A DNA stretch of 64,000 bases, from the NCBI GenBank assembly GCA_030141605.1, contig JAQGDQ010000012.1, positions 700,359-764,358 of the forward strand, in the 5' to 3' direction. The translations under genes and the position numbers were made by a program. Each line of letters starts with the position of its first letter. Within the stretch, counting starts at the first letter, position 1. Of this stretch, positions 47,645 to 61,500 are shown piece after piece. This stretch comes from Tubiluchus corallicola (lineage: Eukaryota > Animalia > Priapulida). The notes under the pieces are model-generated. The model did not search any database, was not told the DNA's origin, and was given only the letters and a program-made list of their open reading frames with translations.

Positions 47645-50600
47645 TTACACACTTTCTTGTACTGGTGGTTCAAATCCATCAGCTGCAACTCGTTCAATTT
47701 TCACACCATCTGCACTTTGTGTAGTTTTCGTAGTGGAAGTACCTTCTCCATGCATTTCCAACAATTTGCCAACTAAAATTACACAAACCAACTGAAAGAA
47801 GCAGACACTACACAAAAAATATTAGGAACTACTCATTCAAACCGGTCACTACTTGTTCACCTTGGGTATCATGACTAGATAACACTATGAACTGGAAATT
47901 ACAGTGGAACATGCAGAAATCGTCACTGTACAAAAAGCTTGTATTACGTGCACAAATTTGAATGCATAAGTTTGTATATTACAAGTTGTTACTTACTGTC
48001 AAATCTTGGTTTTCTGAGGACCTTGACTTTGCGAATGTAGACATCATGCAAAGGGTAAATATACTGACATGCCTTCTCAATATCTTTGCCTATGCTGTCA
48101 GGAATTCTGCAACGAAAAAATGTCTCTGATAAAGTAAAACAATGTTGTATAAAAATATGGTTAAAACAAAAACAAAAACAAAATCAAAGTCAGAAGGGAA
48201 ATACACAATGCATGTTATAGTAATATTTTGCAACTATTTCAAGCGCTGTAACAGTTAGCAACGACAAAATGTGAAACCCGAATGCAAATATCAGAAAATA
48301 ATTCAAGCGCCTTTCATAGCTCAAAGGATTAAAATAAACAGAAACTGAAAGAGAAACAGATTAAATTTCTATATACAGTAGTCGCTGCTTAATAGACTCA
48401 ATCGCTTAAATGACTCAAAAATGCCTGGAACGGGCCGCTTCTATTCAAATATACATAAAAACTATCGGTAATTGACTCAAATAACTTCGCTTAAATGACC
48501 AATATTTTTCCTTCAAGTACATAAAATAAGACATTTTTATGTACCCAAACAGCCTTTCCTACTTTTGTGTCATCTTTACTTCCCTTTTGCGTATTATAAA
48601 TGTAAACAATTACGTTAAGTACCGTTTTGTTTGCAAACAGGCTAACGTAGCGGTTTTGCTTTGAATCTGTTACCCGCTCGCCCACTGCAATTAACCTCGT
48701 TACCCAAAGAATTTCTGGAAGCCAAGCATTTAATCACTTGCCTAGCAGTTTCCTTTTGATGCCCTAGTTGCAAATCACGCTTTCAGGGTTAATCAGTTAA
48801 TAGTCAAAGATGCAGGTTCAGTAATCAGCCAGTATTCCTTGTGCCTTACAAGAGTAAACATCATACAGCAAATAAGCGCATAAAGTTAAACAGTTTGAAA
48901 AATGGAGCATAAGCATAAGGATCTAACAGTTAAGGAGAAACCGAAAATTTTAGAGCAGTACGATAAACTTCCAAAGATGGGGCAGAGGTGTACAGCAAGT
49001 ACTCTCGGCAGAATATTGAAAAAACAATCTGAAATTGAGCAGTCAGCAAGCCAAAATGAGAACATGGCATCTAAGAGGCGACGCACAGGAAACAAGGTCA
49101 CCACAAAGCACTCCAAGCGCTAAATGTTTTACGAGAATAGGTGCATCACACAGCAACAGATTTTCAACGTTTTTATGATTACGAGAACTTTGTGAGCCAA
49201 CTTCTTCGCGAGGAAATGAAGCACCCAACTTCGAAGGAATTTCGTGTGATTTAGAAAAGTATACTTTTTAATTTATTGTTAATTCACTTATATAAATTAA
49301 TATTTTAAAATATTTTTTTCTAATTTTTAACCGCACAAAGGAACTTAAGCATTACTTCGATTCTAAAATTGTTTAAAAGCCTTTGCAATGCGTAGTATGA
49401 AGCTGATGACTCATACTTCTATAGCAATAATACTACTACACGCATCGGTTAATAGGTTCAATCGGTTAATTGGGTCAAAACACGTCAGTCCCAAAGTGAG
49501 TCTATTAAGCGGCGACTACTGTACTATATTTACACCTGGCAGATGATACTTCGAAAATAATCCACTTAGTCAAGTATTCTAACTAAGTGTGAACATAAAA
49601 ACATTGGCAGAACTATGACAAAGACAACCTAAGCAAGACTAAGATAGAGCCTACAATTTTGCTACTTACAGTTTGTTAACAACTTCCTTTAGATCGCTGT
49701 TTACAATTTCCCGAGTCATGATCTCCACCATTTTCTTCCTAATGGCACGAATCTAAAAAATACACCAGCTTTTTCAAGCAAAACTCGTACAAAGAGCGTA
49801 ACTTGCATACAACAGCATTTGCAAAATAATAATGTTAGTAATATTAATAATATAAGAATGTTAATAATATGCTATTAACAAGTACTCTTCCAGGTAATGC
49901 ACATCGATTATTACCCCTCTAAACTCTCCTTGGGGGAAAGTAAATCAAAATTTGGGCTCTGCTGTGCTTGGTATAAATGCTTAGATATCAGCAACAGCAT
50001 TCAATTTCACCAAGAAATAGAAGAGAAGCAACAATGAATTTTTGGGGGTTACTCACAAAACTATCCCTAAAGGGGAAAGTTGAAAAAATTCTGTTACTGT
50101 GTTGGTAGTTGTCCAGTGTACATACCTGTAGGCCAGATCTGATTGCTCATTAAATAGCCTTAGCACTTTTGTATGAAGTGTGGACAACAAAAGCAAGAAC
50201 GTGAGTAAATATGTGGCACCTTCCTATGGCCAGTGCAAAAATACAACCAGCTAATTACAATACAAGTGGTGTTGATTAAGACTTGTTGCGTATTTATTAT
50301 AAACTGTTCAGTACCTGTGTGTGCTGAGCATAGCAAGTTTTTTTCACTTGCTCAGTCCTCTTTTTAGTAAATCCTATGCAGAAAACTCGAAGATGATACC
50401 CGTCAGTTGTGTTTACATTGACGAAAGCTTCAATACATGTCTGAAATCAGCAACAAAGCTACATTTGAAGTGATGAGTAAATTTGGGCTTTCAAGCCAAT
50501 TTAGTTTTTCTACTCAGTATATTCAGTTTTGCACAATTTGGAAGCTGGAATCTGGCACGCAAGTGGTGTGTCTGATATGGGAGGACTGAATCTGTCTCAT

Positions 50601-53308
50601 TATCCAGGATAATTCTCTAACGTGAGATAGTGACCCAGCAAGTTTTAGCCACGTGTAGATGCATATACATTTCTCCCTTAATAACAGGGTAAACACATCG
50701 TGGTAAAAAACTGCCCACAGAGTTTTTCAGACAACTTCCAGTCACCTGATTTTTTCCCATTATATGTCTACGTAGTTTGCACAACAATCGTCAATAACTA
50801 GAACAGTATTAAAACTCTAAAACGTAACATTAAAAATGCCTCAATAAATCATCACTGTTAGGAAGGAGTAAAAATGGCTGGAGTTAAGTATAATTTAAAT
50901 GACAAGAAAGTAGGTTTCAGAATAATCCCCTTAAAAGATTATATCACTTTATAGCAATTTTATACGTATATGTTAGTCGCGTCGAAAGGATTTTTTGTTT
51001 GTTTTCATTCAAAATCTCCCGCAATACTGTTCCGACCGGGCCGTTACATGACGTCATATATGCACAACATAAATCAGGAGAAGAAAAGGAAATGTGAGAC
51101 TATGTCCCAAAAAACTTTCCATGCAAAGTTATATTACTTAGCATTTCGCTTACCTGCTTGAAAGACTTAGATAACCAGAAAAGAAAATTATCAATTATTT
51201 AAAATGTTTTCACCAAATTATAAAATTCAGCTCCAAGCTGCAAGGTGCACCACTCACTAACCAAAAAAAAGTATTTTTAATCTTACTGACAAGATACAGT
51301 AATTTAAAATTTTATTTAGTTAGTAATGTGTGCACTATGAATTCTCTGATTATTTTTTCAAACTTTACTCAGTGTTATCTAAACTCATTTCAAATGATCT
51401 ATCGTCAAAATGATTAGCATCTAACGGTTATCGGGGGAGTTTAAATTTACAGGTTTTATACAGCGTTACTGCTAATGCAAGCCCTGTATGCAAAAAGGCG
51501 GTACCGTAAGTGGTATAAAATTTCAAGACAAACTTTCTAAGCTTTATGTAAGTTGAGAGTTTTCTTGTACTTTAAAGACACAAGATCACAACGTAGACAA
51601 AGACTCAGGAAATAGCATGCTAAGCAAGGGTTAGCAAAACGAATTTGTTATACCTGCCACTTCTTAACCATAGAACGTAGCTTGTCAGTAGTCATGTCCA
51701 TGCCATGAAAGTTTGTCAGAACATTTCTACCTTGGACTTCTTCAGACATCAAACGGAATTTGCAATGGGCAACTTCATCACCTTGTAGGTCAGCCAGAGC
51801 CACCTCAAATACTCGTCCTTTAAGACCTTCAGAGGCAATTTCTACAAACAAGCAAATTAAAATGTTCTGGCAAGAAACTACTAAGCAGGCAAAGACAATA
51901 AACACAATCCATATTTCAAAAACATGGGCAGTGATTAGCAATAGTAAATTGCCTATACTGCACAAAATAATCATAAATGGTGAAAGATCAGGTAACGTAT
52001 CGCTTTAATGCCAGCCACAAAATATGCAGCAAGATCTCAGATCCATATTTGGCTTTAAATTGCGAAATGTTGAATACTAGATGAGAAAATCATTTCCAAA
52101 GCATCCAGACTGTATGCTGCAGATTAGAGACTAATTAAAGCTCAAAGTGCGACGGACTAATACTACTTACTTGTTCCTTGAGTTCTTGTCACTAGTGTCT
52201 TGCCAATCTGACGAATCTTGAACATAGACGGTGCTTTCACATCATACCAATCTTTTTTAGTAAAAGGATCCACACTAAATGGAAAAAAATGTTTTGAAAT
52301 ACTAAAGAAAATTTGCTTAATAAGTACTTTCGCATTCAAAACATGCAAGGTTCAATGAGGATTAAAGGCTAAACTGGAAAGTTATGGAGTTGGATTGTAT
52401 ATATACTAAAATGCATAGGAACGTTTCCTGAACCACAAAAGTCAGAGTGAAAGTCCGTAACGAGTATTCAGAATGATCGGATGTAAACAGTGTAAATGTG
52501 CAAGGATCTGTGCTCAGACCACTGCTGTTCTTAATCTATATTAATGACATTTTTGAAATCCCCCGCAGTCCAATCCATCTCTTTGCAGATGACAGTAAAC
52601 TTTACAGAATTCTCCAATCACAGCAAGATCACAACATTCTTCAAAAAAGATATTTTCCATCTTCACAATTGATGTGCACAGTTTCAAGACGAGAGACAAC
52701 CCATTAACTGTCACTTTAGCTAGACCTCATCTGGAATGTACATCAGTGATACGAAGTCAACACCTTGTAATTGTATGTTATCGTAAAGCTATCGAAGCGT
52801 AATACACCAAATCAGTCCCAGGTCTGAATAGGGTGGGGCCGGGTCAAATCTGTCTCGGCTTCGGGGGCCGAATCTGGGTTCGACTGGGATTCGTTCGGTT
52901 AGTGTTGCAAAAATTTTTGGTTCGGTAAATAGGTTTATGTGAAAAACGACAAAGTGAAGAAAAATTTAAACGACCATGTTACTCAGGTGTTATTTTTTAC
53001 GTAGTTAAAAAAACGCTACAATAAACTACAAGGATCGTAGTTTCGCTAATGCGAAGTGCGAGAACTTAGTATAATCGACACAACGGGCTAAAAATCATGA
53101 ATAATATTAAATAATAAACTATATTTAGGTGAAAGCGTAAATACATCCAAACAGAACTCGAGAATCTTGCACGTCGTGTCAAAACTTTTCTTATAACCGT
53201 TTGATATGACATGTATTGAGTTTCACAGCAATAATATTTCGCTTACATTTTCTTTTTCGTTCCTTTTTTTCCACCTTTGGTTAATCTTTTATTTTTTCCT
53301 ACAGCCAT
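47645..53308 (-). CDS. RPS3A: 40S ribosomal protein S3a (eS1)
   Basis: Exons 53308-53247, 52274-52171, 51841-51654, 50440-50315, 49752-49670, 48106-47997, 47772-47645; translation [16 protein letters not shown]...[18 protein letters not shown]...LTNFHGMD...KKWQT...[13 protein letters not shown]...[10 protein letters not shown]. Confidence 0.98.
48376..49521 (+). mobile_element. Internally deleted pogo/Tigger DNA transposon in RPS3A intron 5
   Basis: TIRs CAGTAGTCGC(T/C)GCTTAATAGACTCA, TA target-site duplication; residual CENP-B/psq-type HTH peptide ([12 protein letters not shown]...STLGRILK) at 48902-49123. Confidence 0.92.
50931..51575 (+). mobile_element. Non-autonomous TTAA-flanked dispersed repeat, copy 2, in RPS3A intron 3
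   Basis: Homologous to 415-1247; TTAA at 50931-50934 and 51572-51575. Confidence 0.75.
52430..52760 (+). mobile_element. CR1/L2-type reverse transcriptase fragment in RPS3A intron 1
   Basis: [16 protein letters not shown]...LFADDSKLY core RT motifs, disrupted on both sides. Confidence 0.85.
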
Positions 53309-53323
53309 GATGACTTCTTAGCC

Positions 53324-53333
53324 GAAAAGGAAG
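53324..53333 (-). promoter_or_regulatory. TCT initiator / 5'-TOP pyrimidine tract of RPS3A
   Basis: Minus strand CTTCCTTTTC ~16-25 nt upstream of the ATG, typical of ribosomal protein genes. Confidence 0.8.
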
Positions 53334-54089
53334 CAAACTTAACCGGTGGATTGTGGGAAAGTAGTGTGAACCGACAGGGAAGTAGTCATTCCAAAAGTCA
53401 CATCACTAAAACCATGTTAATTCTAGCTACTGTAGCTTAAAATTGTAATACGTTGCTATACAATATACTCCTACGCGTGCTTTTATTTTTACTAAATATA
53501 ACAAGCTTGTTTTTGAGTTAAGGTTTAGTTACAAACAACCATTATAAAAATTTTGAACCTTGTTACAACTCACACAGCTACCTTTCAGATTCTGAGCGAG
53601 CTGTACAGTCAGGATGTCACCTTTTGCGCTCTCTAGGGCCAGGTTCAATTGAGAAGTGGAGGCATACTACTATTAGTATTAGGTGGTAAATAAAAGAAAA
53701 ATAAATCAAAACATTTTTATAGGAATTTGGAAACCACATTTTCGGGTTACTTGCTTGCGATGCAATCTTATAAACAGATCAATTTCGAAGTTATGCCGTT
53801 CTCGTTTATTATTTATTGGTACAAGAACTCATCAGTGATGGTGATGTCGAGAAGTTTGATGTATTTGTCCCCCTAATTGCTTTTTTGCATATTCCAGAAA
53901 TAAATTTCGCACGATTGTCAATAGAAATTTCAAAAAATTCCCTCAGAAATTGCAAAATACAAGTTGCAGTGAAAGGACTTGCACTGCCACAGTTGTCGGT
54001 CAGCATCTGAAAACTTCAGTAATACGTAAGAACGGCATCCGATTACACAGGCTAGTATTCACACCCGCTGCTGTTGGGCGCCGAGTAGA

Positions 54090-54684
54090 CAGTTGGCGTA
54101 TATGGGCTAGCCCAAGTAGGACACTAGAGACAGGTGACAAATTTAGTCGTTAACCATACTGGTAGCACCCGTTGTCCTTGTTTATTTAATAATAATGATT
54201 GAAAATTTGCTATGTCTGGTAAAATAAAAGAATCTTATTTTGAGTTAGTAAAATGGCCAATATTAAATTTGGCTTTGATATTAATGTTTTATTAAGTGAA
54301 ATAAGCCCACTCCTTAGGCGATTCTAACATTTCCTTAAGGTATATCATTTTTATTTTGTCTAGCTTCACAGATAGGTGATCCGTTTCACTACCTGTTGGA
54401 CAAATAATTGTTTTTTACTAAATAAACGGGTTAGCGAGCCATGTTCCCTACATCGTTTCTCTGTTTAAAGCATTAGATACTTAGTTTAATGTTATGGAGA
54501 TGTTAATGGAGCTAATAATAATGATGATATTATCGTAAAAAATACATTGTAAATTGACAAGGAGTATCCATCATAATTATAAAGTTACTTTTTTCTAAAA
54601 CAAATTTAGTTTTACGTTTCATTGTGTCATAATTCTCGACAGAAATCGCCAGTGTCCTACTTGGACTGCCCATGTACGACACTG
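54090..54684. mobile_element. ~600-bp MITE-like element with ~36-bp imperfect inverted termini
   Basis: cagttggcgtatatgggctagcccaagtaggacact at 54090 vs agtgtcctacttggactgcccatgtacgacactg ending at 54684; no clear TSD. Confidence 0.65.
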
Positions 54685-54714
54685 CTTTTACGGAAATCTA
54701 GCACATGCGTTTTA

Positions 54715-54723
54715 CCGGAAGTG
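54715..54723 (+). promoter_or_regulatory. ETS-type motif CCGGAAGTG, probable DNAJC28 promoter region
   Basis: Consensus ETS/GABP site upstream of the first coding exon; promoter role is inferred. Confidence 0.4.
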
Positions 54724-55585
54724 TTCTACTTTGGCTAGTGGGTTACTGGGTGCCCTACAACTGCGTCATACATCTGTTTTAGTAATATTTTGAAAGATTT
54801 ACGGTATTGACAAAAATCGAGACACTCACACGTACGACAAGTACTAGGCTAGGCAAGAATTTATCTCTTAAATTTTCAAATAGATTGTTATACTGAGTTT
54901 CATCTGGTTTTCAAGCTACAACTTTGTATGACTTAAATGAAGTACAGTAGGTTTAGGGCATTTAGACTTATTTTATGGTTACTGATTAGCAGTAATCCTG
55001 TTTAGCTTCGATCACTTAGATTTCATGTCATTTGGTATTGCTATTTGATTACCTTTGGTCTCAGTAAACCAGGGTTATAAGTGGAGCTGCTAATTTTTTT
55101 AATTGCAGAAACAATATTGATGAGCTCATAATACAACTACACAGTCGGAACCACGTCCTTTTTGCATTTCTGCTGCATCTTGTAGCAATGACTTTGAACA
55201 TGCTCAAATTTTTCTCCGACCATAAAGACCTTCAGGTCTATAATACTTCCCTAACTGTTTCAATTGGGTATATTACTAATAATTAGAAGATTTGTTGCTC
55301 TTTGAATAGCCCTGTTCAACCTTGTGATGGTGATTTGATCTAAGAAATGCCACCATATAAGCTTATATAAGTGTACATGCTGACAAAATTTGTATATTGC
55401 TAATATATGTCCACTTTGAAGCCACACAGAATTGTCAGGATGTGATCAAGATGAAAAGAATTCAAAATGTACAATTTTAAAAAACCTAGTGCCAAATACT
55501 TATATACCCAATCATTGTGTTAACATAGATTTTTCTCCTGTAGCTCTGCAGTGATCCTTGTGACAAAAGAACAATGTGAAAATTC

Positions 55586-58500
55586 ATGGCTATGTTTATC
55601 GTCAAGCGTGTACATGTGTTTCCTTGCAGGCACTGTCTAGCGTCTTTTTACAGTCATTCTTATCACAGGTAGGTGCAGTGACTTAGATGTGAATGATGTG
55701 ATAAAAATTTTTAAAAAAATCTTTTTATTTGAAAAGGCACACAAACAAAGATCCAAGAGCAGTGGCAGTTTTCTAGACAGTCATGTTATCCATTTACCGA
55801 CAGGCTCTTTCTTGCTTAACTTTGATTTACATTTCTACAGTGTGGTCACTCATCTATTCCTATTTATGTCTAAATGCTTGGTATTCTTTTAAATAAAATA
55901 TAGCACTCTGCAGGTTGCAATACAGCAATCATATTGAGGTTTAATTAATGTAGATGTTGAGGCAAGCCTCTGAGGTTGTTTCATTGAACTGGTAGCCGTG
56001 TCTTAACCACATTTCATCTTCATTAGAGAAATGTCAGTGGTTTGGCACATAAAACTGCCTGGAAGCCTTTTTTCAACAGTAGCTAAACTACTTACTAGCT
56101 AAACCTGGCACTGCTTAACTTTGCAGTCAAGCACATGCTGAATGGTATCATTGTATCAGTGTACCTCTTTTTAATTAGTTAGCTAACTTATCTCTGTTTA
56201 TACAAATTATACCAAAAATGTTAATTACTATTATTACTATTACTGAAAATAACCTTTTGGACAAAGAACATATGAATTAATTTTATATGTATGCACTATT
56301 TGACATATATATATATATATCGTGTTTTGCCAATGTACATTATATGTATTTGAGCAATAAATTGAATTAAAAACCACTCAGCTATTCCCATTTTCCTCCC
56401 AATACTTACAATATGCAATTGTAGATTCGGGGTCATGTCTGTGGCACATAGTGATTATACACATGTCGTATTCATACCTTATCAACATTTTAATAACTTT
56501 TAGAACTGCATGTGATACTTATCAGAAAAATCCTGTTTAATGATAGACCATGTTACTGAACAAAAAATTAAATCTATAAATTATAACAGATGTGTACATA
56601 ATGAATGTACACAAACTAATATTATTGTTCTGTGTGTCAAACTGCTAAAAAAACTACTTAAATGTTTCGTTATTGTAATGTTGTTGTTACAAACAAATTC
56701 ATATAATATGTTACTTTTTTATGCACTTACCAAGACGATCATATAAAGTAACATCACTAACAAGCATTCTTGACCTTGAAAGGATTCCTAACAGTTTTCT
56801 TACTATTCTGCCTGTAGTTTTGCTGCCGAGGAAACTGTTTCCGAGAAGACAGAGTTGGAAAAATCGTATAGAGTATTGCAAGTCCAAGTCAACTGCTCAG
56901 AAACTGAGTTACGAGAAGTATGTTTTTTAAACCATTATATGAAAAATTTGATTAATATTTCAAATGTTTGTGAAAATTTATGTGCTGCATTTTGTTTTTG
57001 CATAGGGCTATTTACTGCTGGCAAAGAAGTTTCACCCTGATAGCGGCACTTCAGAAGCAAATTCTGCCAAGTTTGCTGCAGTAAAAGATGCATACATACA
57101 TATTCTAAGGCATAGAGCTAATGTGGTAGATAAAGGTACTTCTGATAGTTGAAATTTAAAATCTGTTTGTACAAGGTTCATGTTTACCATACTAGTTAGT
57201 TTATTAGAACTTTGTTTATTTTCTTACATACTACAATATGTACAACGTATTGTACATATTTGTGATATTTGCTCTTTGTGTTAGACTATACCTTAATACA
57301 CTACATGATTTGAATTCTGCCTTGAAAAAACTTTCAAAGGCCTCTTTTATACCTTGATCAATAAAATAAAAATATATATCAATACTTGTTTTTTATACTG
57401 TTAACAACATCACCACATAACAATCAAGACTGTGGCTGTTGCAGTTATTATCAAGTGGCCATTGCTTGACTGAATGTACTTTATTACCAAACATGATTCT
57501 TGAGATGAGACGCAGAACTTGTGTCTTCTTGTTACATTCGAATGTATATATATCCTCAGCCAACAAGACAGTATTGGATATTCCATATGAAACCATTTAA
57601 AAGCAGTTTTCCCAGCAGCTACATATTCATTTACTAAGCAGGCCTTGCACTGCTTACACTAATTGTACCGTATGCCTTTCATCAACAGAGTTCAAATTTT
57701 CAAGTCACAGTCTGACAGACAGAAATGTACACCGATTTCTCTTAACAATTATGGAAATACAATAAGCTTTATAAAGGACTGTATTACGTCAGTCGCATCT
57801 GATATCACATATTTACCTGATAAATTGACGATATTTTTAAAGAAATTTTGCATTAAGTGTTTTTCAGTGAATTGTTGATGTGTTTCAGAGAGCATTGGCT
57901 CTATGCATTATAAATTGCAGAAGATGAACACGTTTTTGATATTCGGCATACAGCACCGCAGCATCGCCAATATCTAAACTACGAAGGTATAGGATTTGGC
58001 ACCCCAAGTCAACGGCAGAAGCAGTATCAGCAATATCGGGTATCACGAGCAACTGATAATGTTTATGAGCATGAACTGCAAAAGGTATGTAGGATGTTTT
58101 TTGTCATTCTGAGCTGAAAGTGTTAAAGGTACAGAGCCTCTCTATATACAATATATATAATATAGACTAATAATAATAAAATAATAAAAGAATAACCTCA
58201 AAATAAATATATGTATATAATATATAATATAGACTAATAATAATAAAATAAAAGAATAACCTCAAAATAAATATATGTATATATATGTATATGTATGTAT
58301 ATATATATATACATACATTTATTTTGAGGATATTCTTTTTTGGTATATACCCTATATCATATTCTCATATACCTAATAAAAATCTTCAATTAAGTAGGTG
58401 TCCAGAATCTCAAAATAAGATAGCCCAGTTTATCAGTTTATATCGCTTTGCACTACTTGTACTTGTTCTAAATGCCGTCCTTATTTTTGCACATAAGGAT

Positions 58501-61500
58501 GGCGTAAACCATGTGCTGACACCGAAGTGCCCAATTATTTGTTCAACAAAAAGTCTATGGTTACAGTTTGCTAAATCTTATTAACTGAAACGTGATACTG
58601 TTATAAGAGCAAAAGTTAAAGTTACAAGTTTTGAAGCAATTACTGATGTACTGAAGGGACTGAAGACAAATAATAACTTAGTTTGATTTGAGATCAGACA
58701 AACAGGCAGTGCTCGAATTGAGGGCATACCAGGACAGACAGCACATATATTGTTAAAGAAATAAATACAAGTGATTGTCTAATTTTACATATTGTATAAT
58801 GAGTACAAAATCGAGCATGAATAGAACATGCATTAAGACTGTGTAGTGTAGTATAGCGATCAAAATTTCCCATATGTTGTAAAGCATTTAGCAGTCAAAC
58901 GATATGGTAACTCATGTCTTTTGCACTTGTCAGTTTTTGTTAATATTTATCGTTATGCATAGAAGTATGTTTAAATTTTGCAACTAGGCATCTCTCAAAA
59001 ATTCGATAAAATGCTCATCAGTTTCAAGTGCAGAAACTCAAAGAGAAGTTGTGCCTTCAGAGGCAATTTCAGAACCTGTCCCAAAGTTTTGTGATGAATA
59101 CAGAAATCAAAAGTGAAATGCCTAGACAATTTTGTCACAGGGCAGTGAGGAAAGAAGACCCAAATTAAGAGAAGAAAAAAAATGGTAAATGGGTAGCAAT
59201 AATAATTTATCTATAAAAATCTGTAATGAGTTATCGCTCAGAACAGATTTAGAGATTTTTAGATTTAGATAACAAACTGTTATTATTGTTTATAAAAAGT
59301 TGTATAAAAATTAGAAATGAAACAAGTGGAAAACTATTTTAAGAGTACTCGTTATTGCTCCAAAATGCCCATAAATGCAGTGAAGTGCATTATAGGCATG
59401 GGCAGCACTGCGAACCCCACTAAGATAGGTTACACTTGCCTGTTTCTGCCCTATACAGTAAACCTTGTTAAAACTTTACATTTCAAGCATTGCAAATAAG
59501 ACATTGTTCCTGATTAAACGAAGCCTTGCAAATGAGTTTTTGATTCTAATTAGGTGCATCTAGTTATTCTCTGCATTTTTATCTGCTAATTGCTTTTCAC
59601 ACTTCTCAGTTTTAGTTTCACAACTTCTATAGTTGATAAGAAAAAGCAGGCCCAAATTGTACATTTAATTTATCAATTTGAACATATTAAGCTTAGTTAT
59701 TGCAGTTTAATAACACAGATTTGCAACTGGAAAATCTGGATACACAAAGCTAATGTAGCATAGTTACTGTAGCAATCAGTTTATTCCGTTGCTGTTTTCT
59801 TAATATCATTAATCAGTCCATACATTCCAAATTAAATGCTTTTAATTGGCGAAGCAGGCTCCCTTGTGGTTAGTTGAGTATTCGTATTTTGTTTTAGTTC
59901 ACCAGATTAACCATCGATTTCGTGATCTAGTTGTATCTTACACTTACTTAGTTGATTAGTCAGTTATACATTGATTGCTATACAATATAAAATTAATGCA
60001 TGCTGGAAATGTTCGCGTTACAAGGACGCTCTGACACATCAATTTCTGAGTGCATAAATTACTTCAGTAATAATGGTACTAGTAAATGTAGGTTCTAGTA
60101 TACGCTGTTTATTATAGGCAGTATTGTACATGGCAATGTGTCTTACTTCATTGGAGCTTTACTGAAAAACATCAACACATACCAGTGATTGTGAAATGAA
60201 GCCTGAAATTTTTATAAAGCTTTAACCCGCGTTATTTGCTTGGAATGATGCTTCTGAAAACTATCACTTTGCAAACTAGACTTTAAGCTCAATTTGCAGG
60301 AATTTAGTTCGCAGTTTTTTCTAATTTAATAGTTTGCAGTTTCTAATTTACAGTATTTTAAATTCATTTTGAATTAACGTAACTGATTAACTAAAACTGA
60401 TTAATCTGATGTTGCTAGATAACACGAGGTATGGGTGAGAAGGCTCTTGTTGAGAAAGATAATGCTTTAGCCAGACAGTATAAAACTAGCAATGCCGTAG
60501 AAAGATTAGTCGAAGATCTTATCCAGGAGTCTATGGCAAAAGGAGAATTTGACAATTTGTCAGGTAGTGCCTTTTTATTGTTTGTGCTGTTTACTTTATT
60601 TTTAATAAAATAAATACTTTTTACTAAAATTTTCACATTTTCTTGCATTTTTGCATTAGAAAACAACTGATCCCAGTCTTGTGTTTTGTTGTTGTCATAT
60701 CCACATTGATTCTAAGAGACATCCTCTTTCAGGTTAAAATACATAACTGATTTTTATTCATAGTAATCAGAGCTTGTTACTGCAAATTTACATGCAATTT
60801 TCTGATCAGACCATTTCGAAAATTGTCTGAGATGAAGAGGTCCATTTTCTGCCACGCCACAATTTCCTGTGCGCCATTTTCATCTGGTTGATAATGACTA
60901 TAAGTTCACACAGAAGATGATCACTTGTTCAATAGGCTATATGATCAGAATTTCAGTCCTTGTTCATTACGACCACTTGATAAAACTTCATGCTTTTGGT
61001 CATGCGTGATGAAAGCATTTCTCCAGTTCTTGCCACAAAACACAGATCAGCAGATATGGGTACACTGATTTGTAATAATAATTTAACGATTTTTTTTATT
61101 TTAACTTACCTGTGCCGTTTTTATTTGCCTTACTCATGTGGAATTGTCTATGTTTGTGAATAGGTACTTGTCTTCTCTATCAGAAATCATTGCTTTTGGT
61201 TTGATATAAAATCATTGTTTCTCTTGCACTGATGCATTGCATTGATGTATCGTTCTGTAATATTGACTTTATTCTGAAATAAAAGTGTGCAATCAAATCA
61301 ATCAGTCAATCTTGTTAGTAAATGACAATTCTTACCTTGGTACTATATTGGGATTAAAGTATGCCAGTAATAATTTTGGCACCATTTCTGACGAAACATG
61401 TACGTATCTGCATAAAGAAAAAATAAGCTTTAACATCATTATAATGCTCCATCACAAGTATTACACTATATATTAATGGGTATAGCTAGCTAAAGCTATT

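Noticed and set aside
50727-50855. Possible box C/D snoRNA (GTGATGA...CTGA on the minus strand) in an RPS3A intron, by analogy with vertebrate U73
   Set aside because: No terminal stem and no rRNA-complementary guide that I could recognise; such boxes arise by chance in AT-rich DNA.
53809-54153. Overlapping short ORFs between RPS3A and DNAJC28
   Set aside because: No recognisable domain, splice structure or good start context.
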